62,481 bases of DNA, filler included, from Bipalium vagum (GCA_037834085.1; 3 parts of 3 records of this genome joined end to end with filler, not necessarily neighbours in it), one strand, 5' to 3'. Shown: positions 41,344 through 56,200, counted from the whole stretch's first letter. Numbers and translations are program-made. The notes: a model not told the origin generated them from the sequence alone.

Positions 41344-43399
41344 CTACAAAAAGTAATTAAATTAAAACGATACTATCAACAATCAACTCGCGCCAATGCT
41401 TATCTAAATAATGTTTCATTAACTAATATTGATGCCACTAGATACGATTTTCCATTCGTCAAAATATCATTTGGCCAATGAGCGAGTTTCTCGCCATACG
41501 TGCTGACATATCAATCAGTCCATTAGTCTTCTAATGCCGTGAGCCTGTTATAGATACATCGGATGATTATAGATACCCATTATATCGCACTTCCATCTAG
41601 CCATGTCAATAATCTGCTGATATCTGCAATCTACTTTTATTTTGTATGTTAAAACAACGTTCCTGACATTTAATCATGTCTCTCCAATGAAAACTGGCGT
41701 CGTATATCTGAGTATTTGTCTTCGTCCATCATCATTTAACTATGTCATATTGTAATTGCCACTGTGTAGTATGGGCAAAATACCGCCAAAACCAACAAAT
41801 CTGGACAGTTAATCATGATAAATAGTAAATCACTTGGGCAGAATTAGGCGCCGTAGTTCAAAATTTGGTTTTCTCATCGTTCACTGCTGGGTATCTATAT
41901 CAACTATTCTCTGATCGCTTTGGGTTTTTTGTTGGCCATTCATTTACTGGAAACAACAAAAAAATAAAGAAAAAAAAAAGTAATCCCCGTAAATGTTTGG
42001 CAGTTCGGGAAAATTTTTCCTGCAGCCCATTTTCCGTCTAGGAAACATATATATATTTCCATAACAAAAATGTGTTGCCTGACACTGCATTGATAACATC
42101 GACGAAATATATATATTACAACCAGGAACAACCACAACAAAAAACCAAAGAAGCAAATCTGATATTATTGATGGTAACATTGTGGCATTTACGCAGCCAG
42201 GTGTTGATTAAAGATTTTTTTTGTATTCTCAAATGTTTTGCTGGGCTTTGGAAAAATCCGTTTCTGCTGGTAATGAATAATTATTATTTTCTTTTTATCA
42301 CGTTTAATTATCGTTTATAATAATCCAACAAATACAAATGGTTTTTTCCACAATTTCTTCAAACGTTTTATTGGCGTTCAATGGTTCAATGTTCCATTGC
42401 CATGGACTTTGTCTACCAGAAAGTCTGGTATGATTCTGTTCCGGAAAATTGTGTGAGAGTGTGTGTGTGCGTGTGTGGGTGGGTGTGTGTGTGACAAGGT
42501 GAGATTCATTTCTCCGTTGTTCTGTTCTTCACGGGATAATGAGATATGATTTCCATTGCAATGGATTTTCACCATTCAACAAAGTCGGGAATCGGTTTCA
42601 TTTGCCCCTGTTGTTATACAGAGCCACAATTTTCCATTAAGTATATACATATATATCAAGTCTTGTAAATCTTTCCGTTTATACCGAATGATTAAAAAGT
42701 GCGCCATTTTTAACCAAAAAATGTCTGGATAGATTTCTTTTTCTAAAAAATCTATTTGGATCGTGTATTAATTCCAATCTATCTTAAATATCAATTCTTC
42801 TCTTTTTTCAGTTTTGTGTTTTTTATTTTTACTACCGTGTCGTTTTTTCAGCTTCAGATTTCGGCTTTTTATGAAGAACGATAATTATATTAATTACAAC
42901 ACTGGCCTCTTGTGGGAGAAAAAACTGTAATGAAAAGAGAAAAATAAAAGGAAAGAGTTCCAAAGAAATTTTCATAGTAAAATATAAAATAATATTTTTC
43001 CCTTTGAATTTAAGTGTAAGAAAAATATAAATATTTTTTTTATTATTTTTATTATATAAATTTTGTTAAATATCTTTTAGTAATACTAAAGAAATGGAAA
43101 GTTGAGAAAAGATTCATCAAACCCTAAATTATTTTTAGAGATTTAATATTTTTTGTGAATTTTTAAAAATATAAGATAAATATTTTAAATTTAATAAAAT
43201 AATATTTTATTTTGTTTGAATTTAACTTAAGATTTATTTTTCAAAAACTATCTATTTGAGATTGTGTACGAGATCAATCAGAAATATTTACAATGCTGTG
43301 TTTCTATAAAACCATCATTTGTTTAACTAAAATAATTTATCGATAATATTAATTATTGAAAAATATATTTTAAAATTTCAAGTATAACCTGAGAATACA

Positions 43400-43720
43400 A
43401 CAGAAAAACATCAGTGTTAAAATCACTTTGTGTTGAAAAAACGGCCAAATAAATAATTGGTTGGTTTGAGTATTGCGAAGCAATAGTTTACGACATTGCT
43501 CAAAAGTTTGAGGAGCAGGATGACAAAAAAGAAATAAATACAAAAAGAAAAACCAACATCAAACGTTATGACTCAAAAAGAAATCTAAATTTCATATACG
43601 ATTTAAAAGAGAAGATTGATACTGATGGCTCCAAACATATGACTGACCTAACAAATGAAATGAACGCGGATAGTCAAAATGAGACAGGATAAATGATACA
43701 AATCTTATATCTTCCTACGA
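43400..43720 (+). mobile_element. Degenerate Tc1/mariner-superfamily (maT/DD37D-like) transposase N-terminal relic
   Basis: Fragments VYDIAQKFEE, KRYDSKRNLNFIYDLKEKIDTDGSKHMTDLTNEMN and YKSY recall the HTH region of these elements; frameshifted. Confidence 0.45.
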
Positions 43721-45218
43721 ATACATCTAATAGAAAAGGAAGTCAATTTTATATATTGATATAATTACATTGTTTAATTTGTTGTTTTATTCCATATTTA
43801 TCTCGAACACCTTCTATAATTATAATTAATTTCATTCTGAAAATGTTTAAAATAATAAAAATTAATAAAAAAATAATCTCATGATTTTTTAGCAAATGAT
43901 TTTAAGTATATCCGAAAAATTCCTTTATTAAAAAAATGGCCACTCCTTATACGTATTTATTAATAATGATGATTAATAATAATTAATTATAAATAATGTA
44001 ACACAGTTTGGGATATTAGTGTAATTCTTATTGATATTGATAGGACATCAGGAAACTTTTTGTATCTACTTTCTTTTAATTTTTTGGGATTAATTCTGGT
44101 GGCCTCTGTATTGTTTACTGGTCAAAAATAATTGCACTTTTTCAACATTTTCTTTTTTAATTAACACAGAATTTTCAAAAGCACTAAGAGATAAGTAAAC
44201 AGCATAATCAACGACGCCCACAATTGTTTGGGTAAAATATTGTAAGCTATCAATTTTAAATTTTTAAATATTTATTTAATATATTTTGTAAAATAATTAT
44301 ATTTATTATTTACTAAAGGATTTATTTACTATAGTCTTTCGTAGATTATATTATATTCTATTATTTTATTATTTTATTATATTATTATATTATTTTATTT
44401 TATTTTATTATATTATATTAATTGACTGTGTATATTCTAAGGCTGTAACATTTAGAAAAAATAATACATTATTACCTGAAAGTAATTCTTTTTATAGAAT
44501 GTATTAAATATAAAAATATTTTATGAAGAAAAATTATTTGTTTATTTTTTGTTTTAGATTTATAAAAATATCTTAGTCACTTTTTTAATTTAACTCGTCT
44601 GACTAATCAAATTTGTAATTTAACCCATCTATTGAGTTGCTCGGAAAGTCAATTCGCTTTTATATACATAGCTTTATATCTTAATTTAAAGCACTTAAGT
44701 CATTTTAAAGGTCGGGATATTCAAATTGCCTGGTAGATGGCAGTAGGTCTTAGAGCTAAAAGGAAAATATATCATTGATTAAAATATTTATTATTAAAAA
44801 ACTTTTGGTCTTACTTTTTACGACAAAATGCTAAGTGAGTTTCCGAACAACCAAAGATGTAATCAAAGGTCTTAAGACCGCATTATTATATTTTATAAAT
44901 ATAATGTTAATGGATATAAATATAAAATATTTGGATATCACATTAGTTATGCTATTCGTTGTAAAGTAGTGATGTCATCAAAATTATAAAAGTATAATTT
45001 GTTACAAAAAAATTATTTAAAAGAATATTCTATCCTTCCGGAACTTTGAAGGATCAGGATCAATATATAATATCATAATTAAAATTCAATTTCTTGAATA
45101 GAAGAATTTTTAATTTAACATGAACTGTCTCACACTAATTTTTTTTTTTTTATACAACTTAGCCAGTTTATCACCGGTCGTGGCCTTGACCCCACATACC
45201 CCGTATGAGCAGAACATA

Positions 45219-45318
45219 NNNNNNNNNNNNNNNNNNNNNNNNNNNNNNNNNNNNNNNNNNNNTTAATTAATTAANNNNNNNNNNNNNNNNNNNNNNNNNN
45301 NNNNNNNNNNNNNNNNNN
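45219..45318. other. Assembly gap with artificial N44-TTAATTAATTAA-N44 spacer
   Basis: Same structure as 23544-23643. Confidence 0.95.

Positions 45319-45375
<57 letters not shown>
45319..45375. repeat. (AAT)n microsatellite adjacent to an assembly gap
   Basis: Seen directly. Confidence 0.9.
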
Positions 45376-45376
<1 letters not shown>

Positions 45377-45574
45377 TAAAATTAATTAATACTTGCAAAG
45401 TAATTTAAAATTCCCAGGAATTTTTATTTCAGAAATACTTTTATAAGGTATTTTATAAATGATAATGATCATCATAAAATAATTCTTAGGTAATTGTTGG
45501 GGAATTTTAGAATTTTAATAAAATTTTTAGAGTTTTAAGTACGATTTTCAGAATATTTCAAGAATATTTCCCAG

Positions 45575-46312
45575 ATGAAGATCAGTCCTAAGCAGTATAT
45601 AAGCAAAGAGATTCCAGTATATTTTCATCCCTCAGAAAATGTGCTTACAATTATTGTCAACTGCAGAGTTCTAAAACAGACAAATTCGGAAGCAGAGTCT
45701 GATAACAGACAAATTCGGAACCAGAGTTCGATAACAGACAAATACGAAAGCAGAATTCTACAACAGTCGAATATTACAGTTCAATTCACATGTATTTCAA
45801 AGTTTATTTAAATGATGGGACTATGCTTAAAAATCCCCACCAGCTGGTTATCGGTGAGCAACGGTTAGGGCTCAGACGATAACTCGGGAGTTTTAACCGG
45901 AGACAAACCGTGAGGTCTTTTTATTTTACCTTCTTTTTTTCTGTAAAAGTAATTATAAAAGTATTATTTTGTTTTAATCAAATATAATATTTTATTAACC
46001 GTTGACTATATTTAATTATTAGTATTTGACTTTACACTACATTTGATCCATTTGACTATATTTGATTATTATTGATAGTAATTGATTAAACATTTAATTC
46101 ATTCTTTATTGTTGTGTTGTGATAGGATAGTGTGACGTTGGTGTAACATTGCGGACATTAATTGTGATCTCAAACCATTGCTTATCTTTTGTATTTCCTT
46201 GTATTTTTGTGTTTGTGTGGTATAAATACAAGTGTTGCTTTACTGATTGTTTTTATTTTCACCACCTAATAGTTGGAGTCAGGTCTAAATTTGGTACCCT
46301 AAATATTGAACA
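45575..46312 (+). mobile_element. Dispersed repeat, possibly a solo LTR; its 3' end also occurs at 1-76
   Basis: 46238-46312 closely matches 1-76, both ending ccctaaatattgaaCA; internal 29-bp tandem array; 5' boundary uncertain. Confidence 0.5.
45664..45772 (+). repeat. 29-bp tandem repeat, ~3.7 copies
   Basis: Units start at 45664, 45693, 45722 and 45751 (consensus cagagttc.ataacagacaaattcggaag). Confidence 0.85.
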
Positions 46313-46921
46313 TATATATGTGCGAATATCGTAGGCAGACCAATATCAGAAAATGTTTTGGAAAACAATTATAAGAAAAATTGTAATTTTCATGACCTCG
46401 GTAATGTTGATAAAATGATCTAATTTCGATAATGTTAGATTTTTAAATAATTGTCTTTGAATTGCTGAAAATCAATGATCATAAGAATTTCGAAGGAGTT
46501 TTTCACAAAAGTTACTCTTTCAGAACTCATTATTCAATTAGCAGATATTAATGTACCACTGAATAAGTTTGGTATAATAAAATATTGCTTCCATGTCCAC
46601 GAAATTAGTTTATTGCATTTTGAATTACCCAATATATGTAATTATTATTATATTTACTTTGATAATTACACAAATGAGAACATCAACATTTAATTATTTC
46701 TCTTCCCTTTCACAAAAAATTAATTTATTGAAAGTTTTTTTATATTGTATTATCATTATCAAATAAAATATTTTAATTACATTTAAAAATATTTTCAAAG
46801 AAAATTAATCTTCTTTAATTACTCTAAATAAATAACAATTTGTTTATTTAAAATATATTTTGTAAATCAGTTTAAATTAGAAATTAATTGATGTCTTAAT
46901 AATAAGAATCATAATTAAAAG

Positions 46922-47227
46922 ATGGAAGACTTTTCCAATGCAGTATTTAATTAAAAAATAACAAAACTTATATTCATTGAAATTTAAAAATTTCAGCTAG
47001 CCGAGTTGCAAAGCAAAGCAGAAAATTGTTCAAAATCCGATCGCCTTTTAGCCGTTGAATATTTGAAGAATCTAATCAGCAATTTAGAGCAGATTGACAA
47101 AACTGCTACTGAAAAACCCAACACGCTTGTTGTGGCTGAAGAAAATCCATCAGTTTCTAATACCGATGAATCAACTTGTGATAACCGATCTTTGACTCCT
47201 TTGAAACTGACCATACGAAAATACAGC
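46922..47227 (+). CDS. Zinc-finger gene first two coding exons (MEDFSNA|LAELQSKAENCSK...), separated by a 54-nt intron 46943-46996
   Basis: ATG 46922; GCA|GTATTT; tttcag|CTA; AGC|GTTAGA is phase 0 into the exon at 49754. Confidence 0.65.
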
Positions 47228-50200
47228 GTTAGATTTTCTTCCGAAAAAAACTTGTAATATTATGTAATCAAGCTCGTAATTGTCGTTTTGTTTTTCCCTT
47301 TTCTTTATCAACTGTTCAGAGTATAAGTCGTTAAAATGTTCTGAAAGTCTTTCACTGGAAAAAATTATATTTTCTAAATAAATTATTTTTTTATAAAAAA
47401 TCGATTTTCTTAATACAATGTTTTGCTTAAAAGATTTTAAAAATCTTTATAATGACACTTTGTAATTTGAGGAAAAAGATCGATATTTTCACTGATTTTG
47501 AAAAGGTTGATATATTTAAATTTTCTTTTCTTCCTCTCGTTGAAATCTTTTCTAATTCCATATCATTATTCTATTCTCAAAGGTTCTTTTACTGGAACGT
47601 TCTCAGTCAAAGTTATTTGTTTGGTTCTTCTCTCTGAATCAATATTTCATTTTTAAAAAAACTATCAATTTGTGTTTTGTCGCAGTCTGTTCGAAAATGT
47701 AATTGATAAGATAAAATTAGTTTTCCGCTTTTATGAATATTAAAACAGAACATATAAGAAATAATCAATAATGATAATTAAAATTGTTATTGAAAAGTTC
47801 ATGGTTTGAAATAATTTTTTATCAATTATTGACTTTAATTTTAAAAATCAATAATTTTTGAATCATTCTAAGGATAAAATTTTGTAATTATTGATTTTAT
47901 AGTAAAATTTTTCAATTGTTAGTCTTTTTTTTATTTTTGATTTTTTAAAATTCCTCAAAAATACATCTTATTTTTCCAATTAACAATTAATTTTTTAATC
48001 AAATTTACAAATTTAGAAGATTTTATTTTTAATTTTTTCTCAAAAATCTTTTTCTGGTTCCGCATCATTCTATTATCGAAAGCTTCTTTTTTACAACAAT
48101 GTCAATCGATATATTTTTTCTGCTTCTCTTATAACAAATTTTTGTGTCAATATCTCTCGTCTCAGTTCAAAATCAATTATATTATTATTATTATTACTAA
48201 TTTATTGAAAAAATAAAAATGAGGAATTTTTCACAAAGCCTAATTATTAGAATAAAAAATAATCACTAATAATTATAAAATTATAAATAAATTTCGTTAG
48301 TTGATTTATTAAAAATGATTATTTTTTTGATATTTTAACACAATTTTTAAATTGATATACAATATCAATAATAGATTTGTTAATTACTGAATTTTTGATT
48401 TTCAAAAATCGATATTTCTTTGGTTCGGTTAAAATAAATTACCTTTTAGACTTCAGGACCTTATTTTAAAATCAATATTTTTTAGACTAATTAATACAAA
48501 AATTGTGACCATGAAATTCCTTATAAATCTATATGTTTATGGTTATTTGTAATAATCACTATCAAAAACCAATATTTTTTGTTTTATATTTTAACAATAA
48601 ATTCGGTTTTAACATTATTCAAAAAGATATTCTATTTTCTATTGACATTTTTATTCAAATTTTATTTTCTATCAATCGATAAAATGAAATTTTTTTGAAG
48701 TCAATAATAACTGTAATTTCATACATACCTTGTTTATTTTATTTCAATTTATTTCAATTGATGGTATTGATTTCAAAATTTTAACAATTCCTAGTGATTT
48801 TTAAAAAAATTTATTATTTAAAGTATTAAAATTGATTTTCTATATATTATAATGATAAACTATGCTTTTTCAAAATATTTAACTTTTTAATGATTAATTT
48901 TTTCAAAATGTTCATCAAATTTTATAAAATCATTAACATATTAGAATATCAAATATCTTTCGTCAAAATTTTTACTACTTTATTTTTTTTTCATTTTTCT
49001 ATTATTTTAATTATTTTTCATTTTTATTGATTTTAATATTATCATTAAATTATTTTTCTTGAATTGTTGAATTTTTAAAAAAAATTATATTCAATTTGCA
49101 AAAGATTTTCATTTATTCTATTTAAATTGATTTTTATTGATGATATCGATTTGAAAATTTTAAAAATACCTAATATAATTATTTGTCATTAAATATTTGT
49201 TCACAATATTAAAATTGATTTTCCATTTTCTTCCACATGATAATCAAAAATTGACTTTTTAATGGTTAATTTTTCAAATCTTTATGTATCGATTTTAAAT
49301 AATCCTTAAAATAGTAAAATTTATTTCATAAAAATTTTCACCTACTTAAAATTTATTAAATTTATTTCAAATATTTATTATTGATTCTTAATATTATCGT
49401 TAAAATATTTGGTTTCTTGAGTTATCGAATTTTTAAAAGAAATTTTAAAATGATTTTCTCAAATAAATTATTTTCATTTATTTTATTAAATAGATTATTC
49501 CCAATAATATCAACGAATTCTGTTAATTTTATATTTTAACAAAATGTGATCTGATTTTTAAAATTTGGGTACATTTCATTGTATTGTCTAACAGTATGAT
49601 TCCTCATTTTTCCTTTATCCGGAAACACTACGAAACCTTGGGTTTTTAAATATATATATTGATATTAATTGGTAAAATAAAACAGTTATTAAACTTTTAT
49701 ATTTTATTATTGATCGATTTTCATGAATTTTATTGACGTAGGAATTGTTTTAGAGAAACGAATCGTTTTTCTCATGCCAAGAATGTGATAAAAAGTACGT
49801 TGTCATGTCGAAAATGATTTCCCATGTTTTGAATACACACTCAAAATCGGAAGTGACATGTATCATTTGTAAGGGCACCTTTCACAGTTACAGTCTGTTG
49901 AAAGTGCACGAGTGTTTCTTTTCTCGACAAACCGTATTCATTCGCCGATTGTGTGGAATTTGTGGCAAGTTGTGCTTACAGATTCAGGATTATCAATTGT
50001 TAGTGGGTTTTTTTGTCTTTCGGGACACTTTTTCATTGGACTTTGAAAACAAAAACTCTAATTGATTTGATGAGTAGTTATAATCAATGAAAATGTCTAT
50101 ATTCAATGTAATACGTTTTTCGATACTAAAAACCATAATCTTTAGTCAAAATCATTATTTCAGTGCTTTTCACACTTACCTTGCTTCCTTCAATGTCACT

Positions 50201-53200
50201 GAAATGAGAATAAGAATTTTAAAAAATATAATCGATATATTTTTGTTATAAAAATGACTGTTGAAGGAAAAATATAAATTTATTAAAATTATCATAATAA
50301 TTTAAAATTGATTATTATTATTATTATTATGTTTATTCTCGTTATTAATAAAGCGAAAATAACGTGTAAATGGTATTTGTGAAATTCGATGTTTTTGTAA
50401 CAAAGTGACAAAAAGAGCACGCGTACGAACACAAATTTGCTAATTATGTGAAAGTTAATCATTAATTTCTGACGTCGATAGAAAATTAATCAAATCAATC
50501 ATTTGTAACTGAAGTTCATTTAGTATTTTGTGAGAAAAGAAATATTTGTAGAAAAAACTTTTTTTATTATTAATTCTGTAATATTTAAATTTTCATTAGG
50601 AAAAAGGCCCAAATTATTATTTATTTTCCTTTTCAGTTTGTTATTGATTTACATGAATGTGATTTTTTTCTTAAAAGTAAAATTTTAGAAAAAACCTGAA
50701 TTTTCATGTTATATTATTGATTTTATACCATTTTAAAGAAAAAAAATTTGTCTCGTATGACCTAATTATTTTTTATTTTCATTATTTTATAATTACATTA
50801 TTTGAATTGAAATTTTGTTCTTCATTGTAAAATGTTAATTTTTTATTGTGTATTTGTTAATTTAAAATGATTTTTCTTGATATTGTTTTATTACTATTAA
50901 TAATATTTTTGTATTACACCTTTATTAATTTTAATGATATTATTAGTTTAAATATATTTTTAATTGTAATCTTTTTCGTGATCCTTATCTTTTAATCTTT
51001 ATATTTTCTATTGATTACTGCCATTTTTATGATCTTGATTTAAATTATTATATTATTAATTTTTGTATTTTTAAAGTTATCTCATTTGATTTTTATTATT
51101 ATATTTCTATCTTATTTTATTTTTTTTAAGCACATTTTATCTCTATTATGATTTTTATATATTGTATTAATTATTGTTAAAATATTGTTTACAATGATTT
51201 TCTTTAATATTAGTATTATTATAAAACTATAATTAATAATTTTGTTAACTTAATTCAATTTTTATCAATATTAATAATATTATTTTATATAGTACCTTAT
51301 TGTTTAATTTAATACATATATTACTTTGTTCATGATTATTATCATTTTTATAATTGTATTACTCTTTATTTAAATAATTTATAAATATTATTAATGTTAT
51401 TGATTGTATGACATTTAATGAAATCTTAAATTTATCACATTCGATCTACTTATTCTTATTAATTAAATATAATCTTTTGAAAAGTCCGAATTATTATAAA
51501 ATTTATATTTTGATTTTCTTGCTATAAGTACTCATATATATATATTGATTATTATATCAATTTTTTATAATTTTTTTCTTAAATTATTCTTATTTTATTT
51601 TCAATTTTAATTCGTTTTTATTAATACTATTAAAATATATAATAATATTTTTATTAAGTATTTATATTTTTGTTTTATAATATTTATTACTATATTAAAT
51701 ATTTTTTTATATATATATTATAATCAATATAATAAAAAATTATGTTTTACATTAAATAATGAAACAGTAAATCAATAATAAATAGTAAAGCAGATATTAT
51801 AATTATATATATTTATATTTATATATAATTTTAAAATTATTTTATTTATTATTTAATTTTTTGTAAATATTTGTGATATTTTATGCTGATTATTTATTTC
51901 TTTCTATTATTTTCATTATGTATTATTATTAATACATTTATTCTTTGTATGATTATTATTATCATTATAATTAATTAATTATTATTATTATTATTGTATT
52001 TATTATTTTAAAATAAAATTATTGTTATTAATTTAAGTGAAAATATTTATTAAGTTTTAAAAAGATTTTAAAACATAGTTTTGCCAAGAATCTTTATTAG
52101 AATTTAACAAGTAATTTCCAATTCTATCCGGGTTTTGTGTCCCCTATCTGAGATTTCTACCTATCAATTAGAGGTTTTGCTTTCAATGATGATATCATCA
52201 TTTATTTGGTTGATGGCGGTGACAGTGATTAAAAATAAGTCCACGTTGAATAGGCACATGAAAAAGGAGCATATGATCGAACTGGAAAAGCGCTTTAAAT
52301 TGTTCGGTTGCAATCAATGTGATTCAACATTCAAACTACGCAGTCAGTTGTTGGTCCACATCTCCAAACGACATAAAGAAACGGCAAGTTGACTGACTAA
52401 ATGAATTGTTACGTACTTTATTTTGCCCTTTTTATCTGTAGATCAATAGGGACCTGATTGCCCAAAGAATCCGTTACAAATTACTTAAGAAATCAGTTCC
52501 GATTCAAGTAAACAATTTTTTTATTGTTCTGTTATCGATAACTATATTGTACTAATTTATAATAATAATTATTATTATTATTATAGTTTTATTTTTATGG
52601 TATTTTAGTTATAATTAATGGAAAGCGATATTAATGATAAATTATGTTATTTTTTGTTATTGATTTTATTAGAATAATTTTGAAAAAATAATAATAATAA
52701 TTACAAATGAACTTTAAATTGAGTTTTCAAATTAGTGTTTTAATAATAATGCTTAAAATATAATGATTTATAAAAAATATATTATTAATATTAAGTTTAT
52801 ACATTGACAGTTAGCATGTTATTTACAATATTTTTTATTTAATAATTAATATAAATATTAAGTAAACATAAAACGAAAAAGATAGTTAATTCAAAATATC
52901 TTCCAACGTTAATAATAAATTACTCCCATTTCCATTCTTTGATATAAGAAATGCGCATTTTTGGTGGCTGTCCAACCAGTGATCCAGTTTTCAGCTTCCT
53001 CGATGGATTAAAAGCGCTTCTCGGATAGTGAATGTACCATCGACCGAAACAAATGGTTATCAGAAAGGTGCAGTCTGGTGAAAAGGTCTCGTGGACTGCA
53101 CGTCACATTGAAGCAATTCTAACCTTTCCTAGTCTCGTTTGTTGACGTAGGTTGGAGGTTGTCAAAAGAAATTCACTTTTCGTCATCCATAATAATTCGG

Positions 53201-56200
53201 TGCAAGAAACCTGGCCTTTTTATCGAGTAACTAAAATTTCTTTTGTGACTTTACGTCTTTCCATATCTTTCACTCATGTGGTACGCATCTCCCTATTTTG
53301 TATACCTTTCCTGTGTTTTAGATGTCGGCTAATTGAAGATTGAGAAGTATTTAATCAAATAGCAAGATCAGTTTGAGTATGGCACGAATTTTCAGCCACC
53401 AATGCTTCCATGTCTTGATCTTCAAACACTTTCATTTGTCCTGGGCGCCCTTTATCTTTCACCATAAATTCACCCTTTCGGAAACGTACAAACCATCTTT
53501 TGCGAACGGCTTTTGATAGATCAATGTTACCATAATTCCCAACAAGGATTCTGTGAGTTTCTTCTGCAGATTTTATAGCAAAATAAAATAATATCACTTC
53601 GTGCAAATGTTGCATATTTGATAAATAAACCGCCATCTAAAAATGATAAAAAATAAGATATAATTAAAGATATTAGATTACTTTTGAAAAATGCTTAAAC
53701 AATTTATATTCAAATAATTTATTTAAACAAATGAATAAATTTTCTTTATTACAGCTATATAAGCAATCTCACTTTCAATGCAAATATATAATAATTTTGT
53801 TAAAATAATCGCAATATCCAAAAATAAAATAATCAAGGAAAGATAAAAATTGTTAATTTTTTAAAAAATTATGATTTCAGGCTAATTATATTTATAGTGT
53901 TTTGCAAATTTTATGATTTAATAATTATAATGAATATATTAATATTATTTTTAGTAATTTCACAAAATAAAAATGAAAAAAAAATTTAAAACAATAAGAT
54001 TAATGATGAATTTAATTTTTTTGATAATGATTTTAAAAATGGTACCAATATTCACTAGTAATAAAACTGCTTTCTGTTTTCTTAAGATATCTACTTTATG
54101 AGCCATAATTTCGGTAAGACTTTTTTGATTTTATGATCACAGAAATTTATTTCATTTTCAATTATTTTTTACGATAAATATTATATCTAAATTAATGTTA
54201 TAATTATTTTAATATTTTTAAAAAATGATTTTACTTTACTTAGAATAACTTATCTTATTTTCACTTTTTTTATTAATGTAAAGAATGTAAAGAAGTAAAT
54301 GGTAGTTTTTAACATTGAACTTCAAATGAACAAATCACAGCCTGAAAAAATTTTTATTTACATAAAAACCATTACACTGTACACATTTCTCCCAATGAGT
54401 CACAAGCTTATTTATTCCGATTCGATAAGAATCTGGAGTTCTAGATGTTACAAAAGGCTTTAATCATTGTGGAAAGTTCTCTCGCTGAAGAACTTGTCCA
54501 AATGTTTGAAAAAATAATAATCGGTAGGCAAGAGGTCTCTTTGAGTAGGTTTAGTGAGGCAGAGTTTCTATATCAAGCTGGTTCAATTTTTATACGATGA
54601 ATTGGGTGACTTATGGTCTAACGTTATCATGGAGAAGCAATGGGCTTTTTTAATGACCAAGGCCGGATTGATGCACTTCAGTTTTTGATACATTTCTTCG
54701 ATTTCCACACAATACTTTTTGGTTTTAATTGCTTGATCACATTTTAAGAATTTATAATGGGTCAAATCAGTGAAACATCATCAAACAGTCACCAAAACCC
54801 TCAGTTGGTGCAACTTAGATTTAGGAGGTTCATGTCGATCTAACCAAGGCTGAAAACATCGGCGATTTTCGTACAGGATCCATTTCTCATCACATATCAA
54901 AATGCGATCGAGGAAAGGTTTCCTTTTTTTACGCAAAAGAAGTGCTGGCAACATCTCAAAACGCCTTTTTTTCTTTTCTGTCAAATCGTATTGAAATCTT
55001 TTGTCGAGTTTTTTTGACTTTCTTATTTCTCGCAGATGGTTGGAAACGGTCATAGCTGAAACACCTAGAGCACAGCTAAGTTCTCGAACAGTTTTTTTTG
55101 TGCTTAGTAACATTGTTTCAGATATTATGTCCTATTTACTATTTCACACATTTCTTTGATGACTTAATAGCTAGTGAGGTCATCACAAAAATCAAATTTT
55201 AAAATAAAATCAGTTGAAGTTGAAATTGAAGTATTTTACAATTTATAGAATGAGTCCAAAGAGGTCGTAAATGGTAAAAGTCAATGGAAATCGATGAAGT
55301 TCTCTTGTGTAATGTGCAAACGAAACTTTCTATCTCAACGGGCTTTGGACAAGCACTGCCTCTCTTATATGCATCGATCGAAAGCCGGAGAATTGAAACT
55401 GATAAAGAAATTTTCCTGTGACATGTGTGACACATCATTTATCAAGTATTGATTTATTTAAAATATTTGATATTAATATATTAATCAATATAACGGTATA
55501 ATAATATTTATTATTTTTGAAAATCAATATTTTGATTTATAAATTTTTTATTTGATTAAAAAATATTCAAATAATATCATTGGATTTTATATCTGTGATA
55601 ATTTCACTTTCGATCGATATAGAATGAACAGTTTGCAAAGACACAAAACGTCGCACCAGATCGATTTGCCCCACAAGTGCAGTCTGTGTGACTATAGAAC
55701 ATCGGAAAAGTGCAATTTAGCCGAACACATGCGTCGACATTACCAGATCAGAAATTATGTCTGTGAGGTTTGTGATCATTGATTATTTTTCATGTTTCAT
55801 TTTTAATGTTTTAACTTATAATTATTATCATTATTAATATTAATATGATGTTTATTTATTATTATATAATTATTATTGATTTTTAATAATATCAATTTTC
55901 AAATCATGTTTAGTGTTACCAATCCTTTTTTGTCTGTTCAACTTATTTGATCAAAATAATAAATCTAAGAGTATTTCATTAAAATTTTCATCGATTTTCT
56001 CACTTTATAAAGACTAAAAATGGATTAATTGTGAAAATTTTTAAATTTTATATCTGATTGTACATTGATAAAATATCAAAAATTACGTAATTGGAACGAG
56101 ATCAATGAAATCTTTTTTGGACTTTTAATAACCTTTTTCTTTCCTTCGTTAAAATCAGTTTAAAAAGCTGAAAAATCTTTTTAAAATTATGTATATTGTG

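Noticed and set aside
41834-41946. Coding first exon of the Alx-like gene, or stop-codon recoding
   Set aside because: All frames contain stops and no in-phase join was found; the other genes use the standard code, so it is more likely UTR.
45664-45772. 29-bp repeats resembling a CRISPR array
   Set aside because: The units are directly tandem with no unique spacers, the context is eukaryotic, and there are no cas genes.
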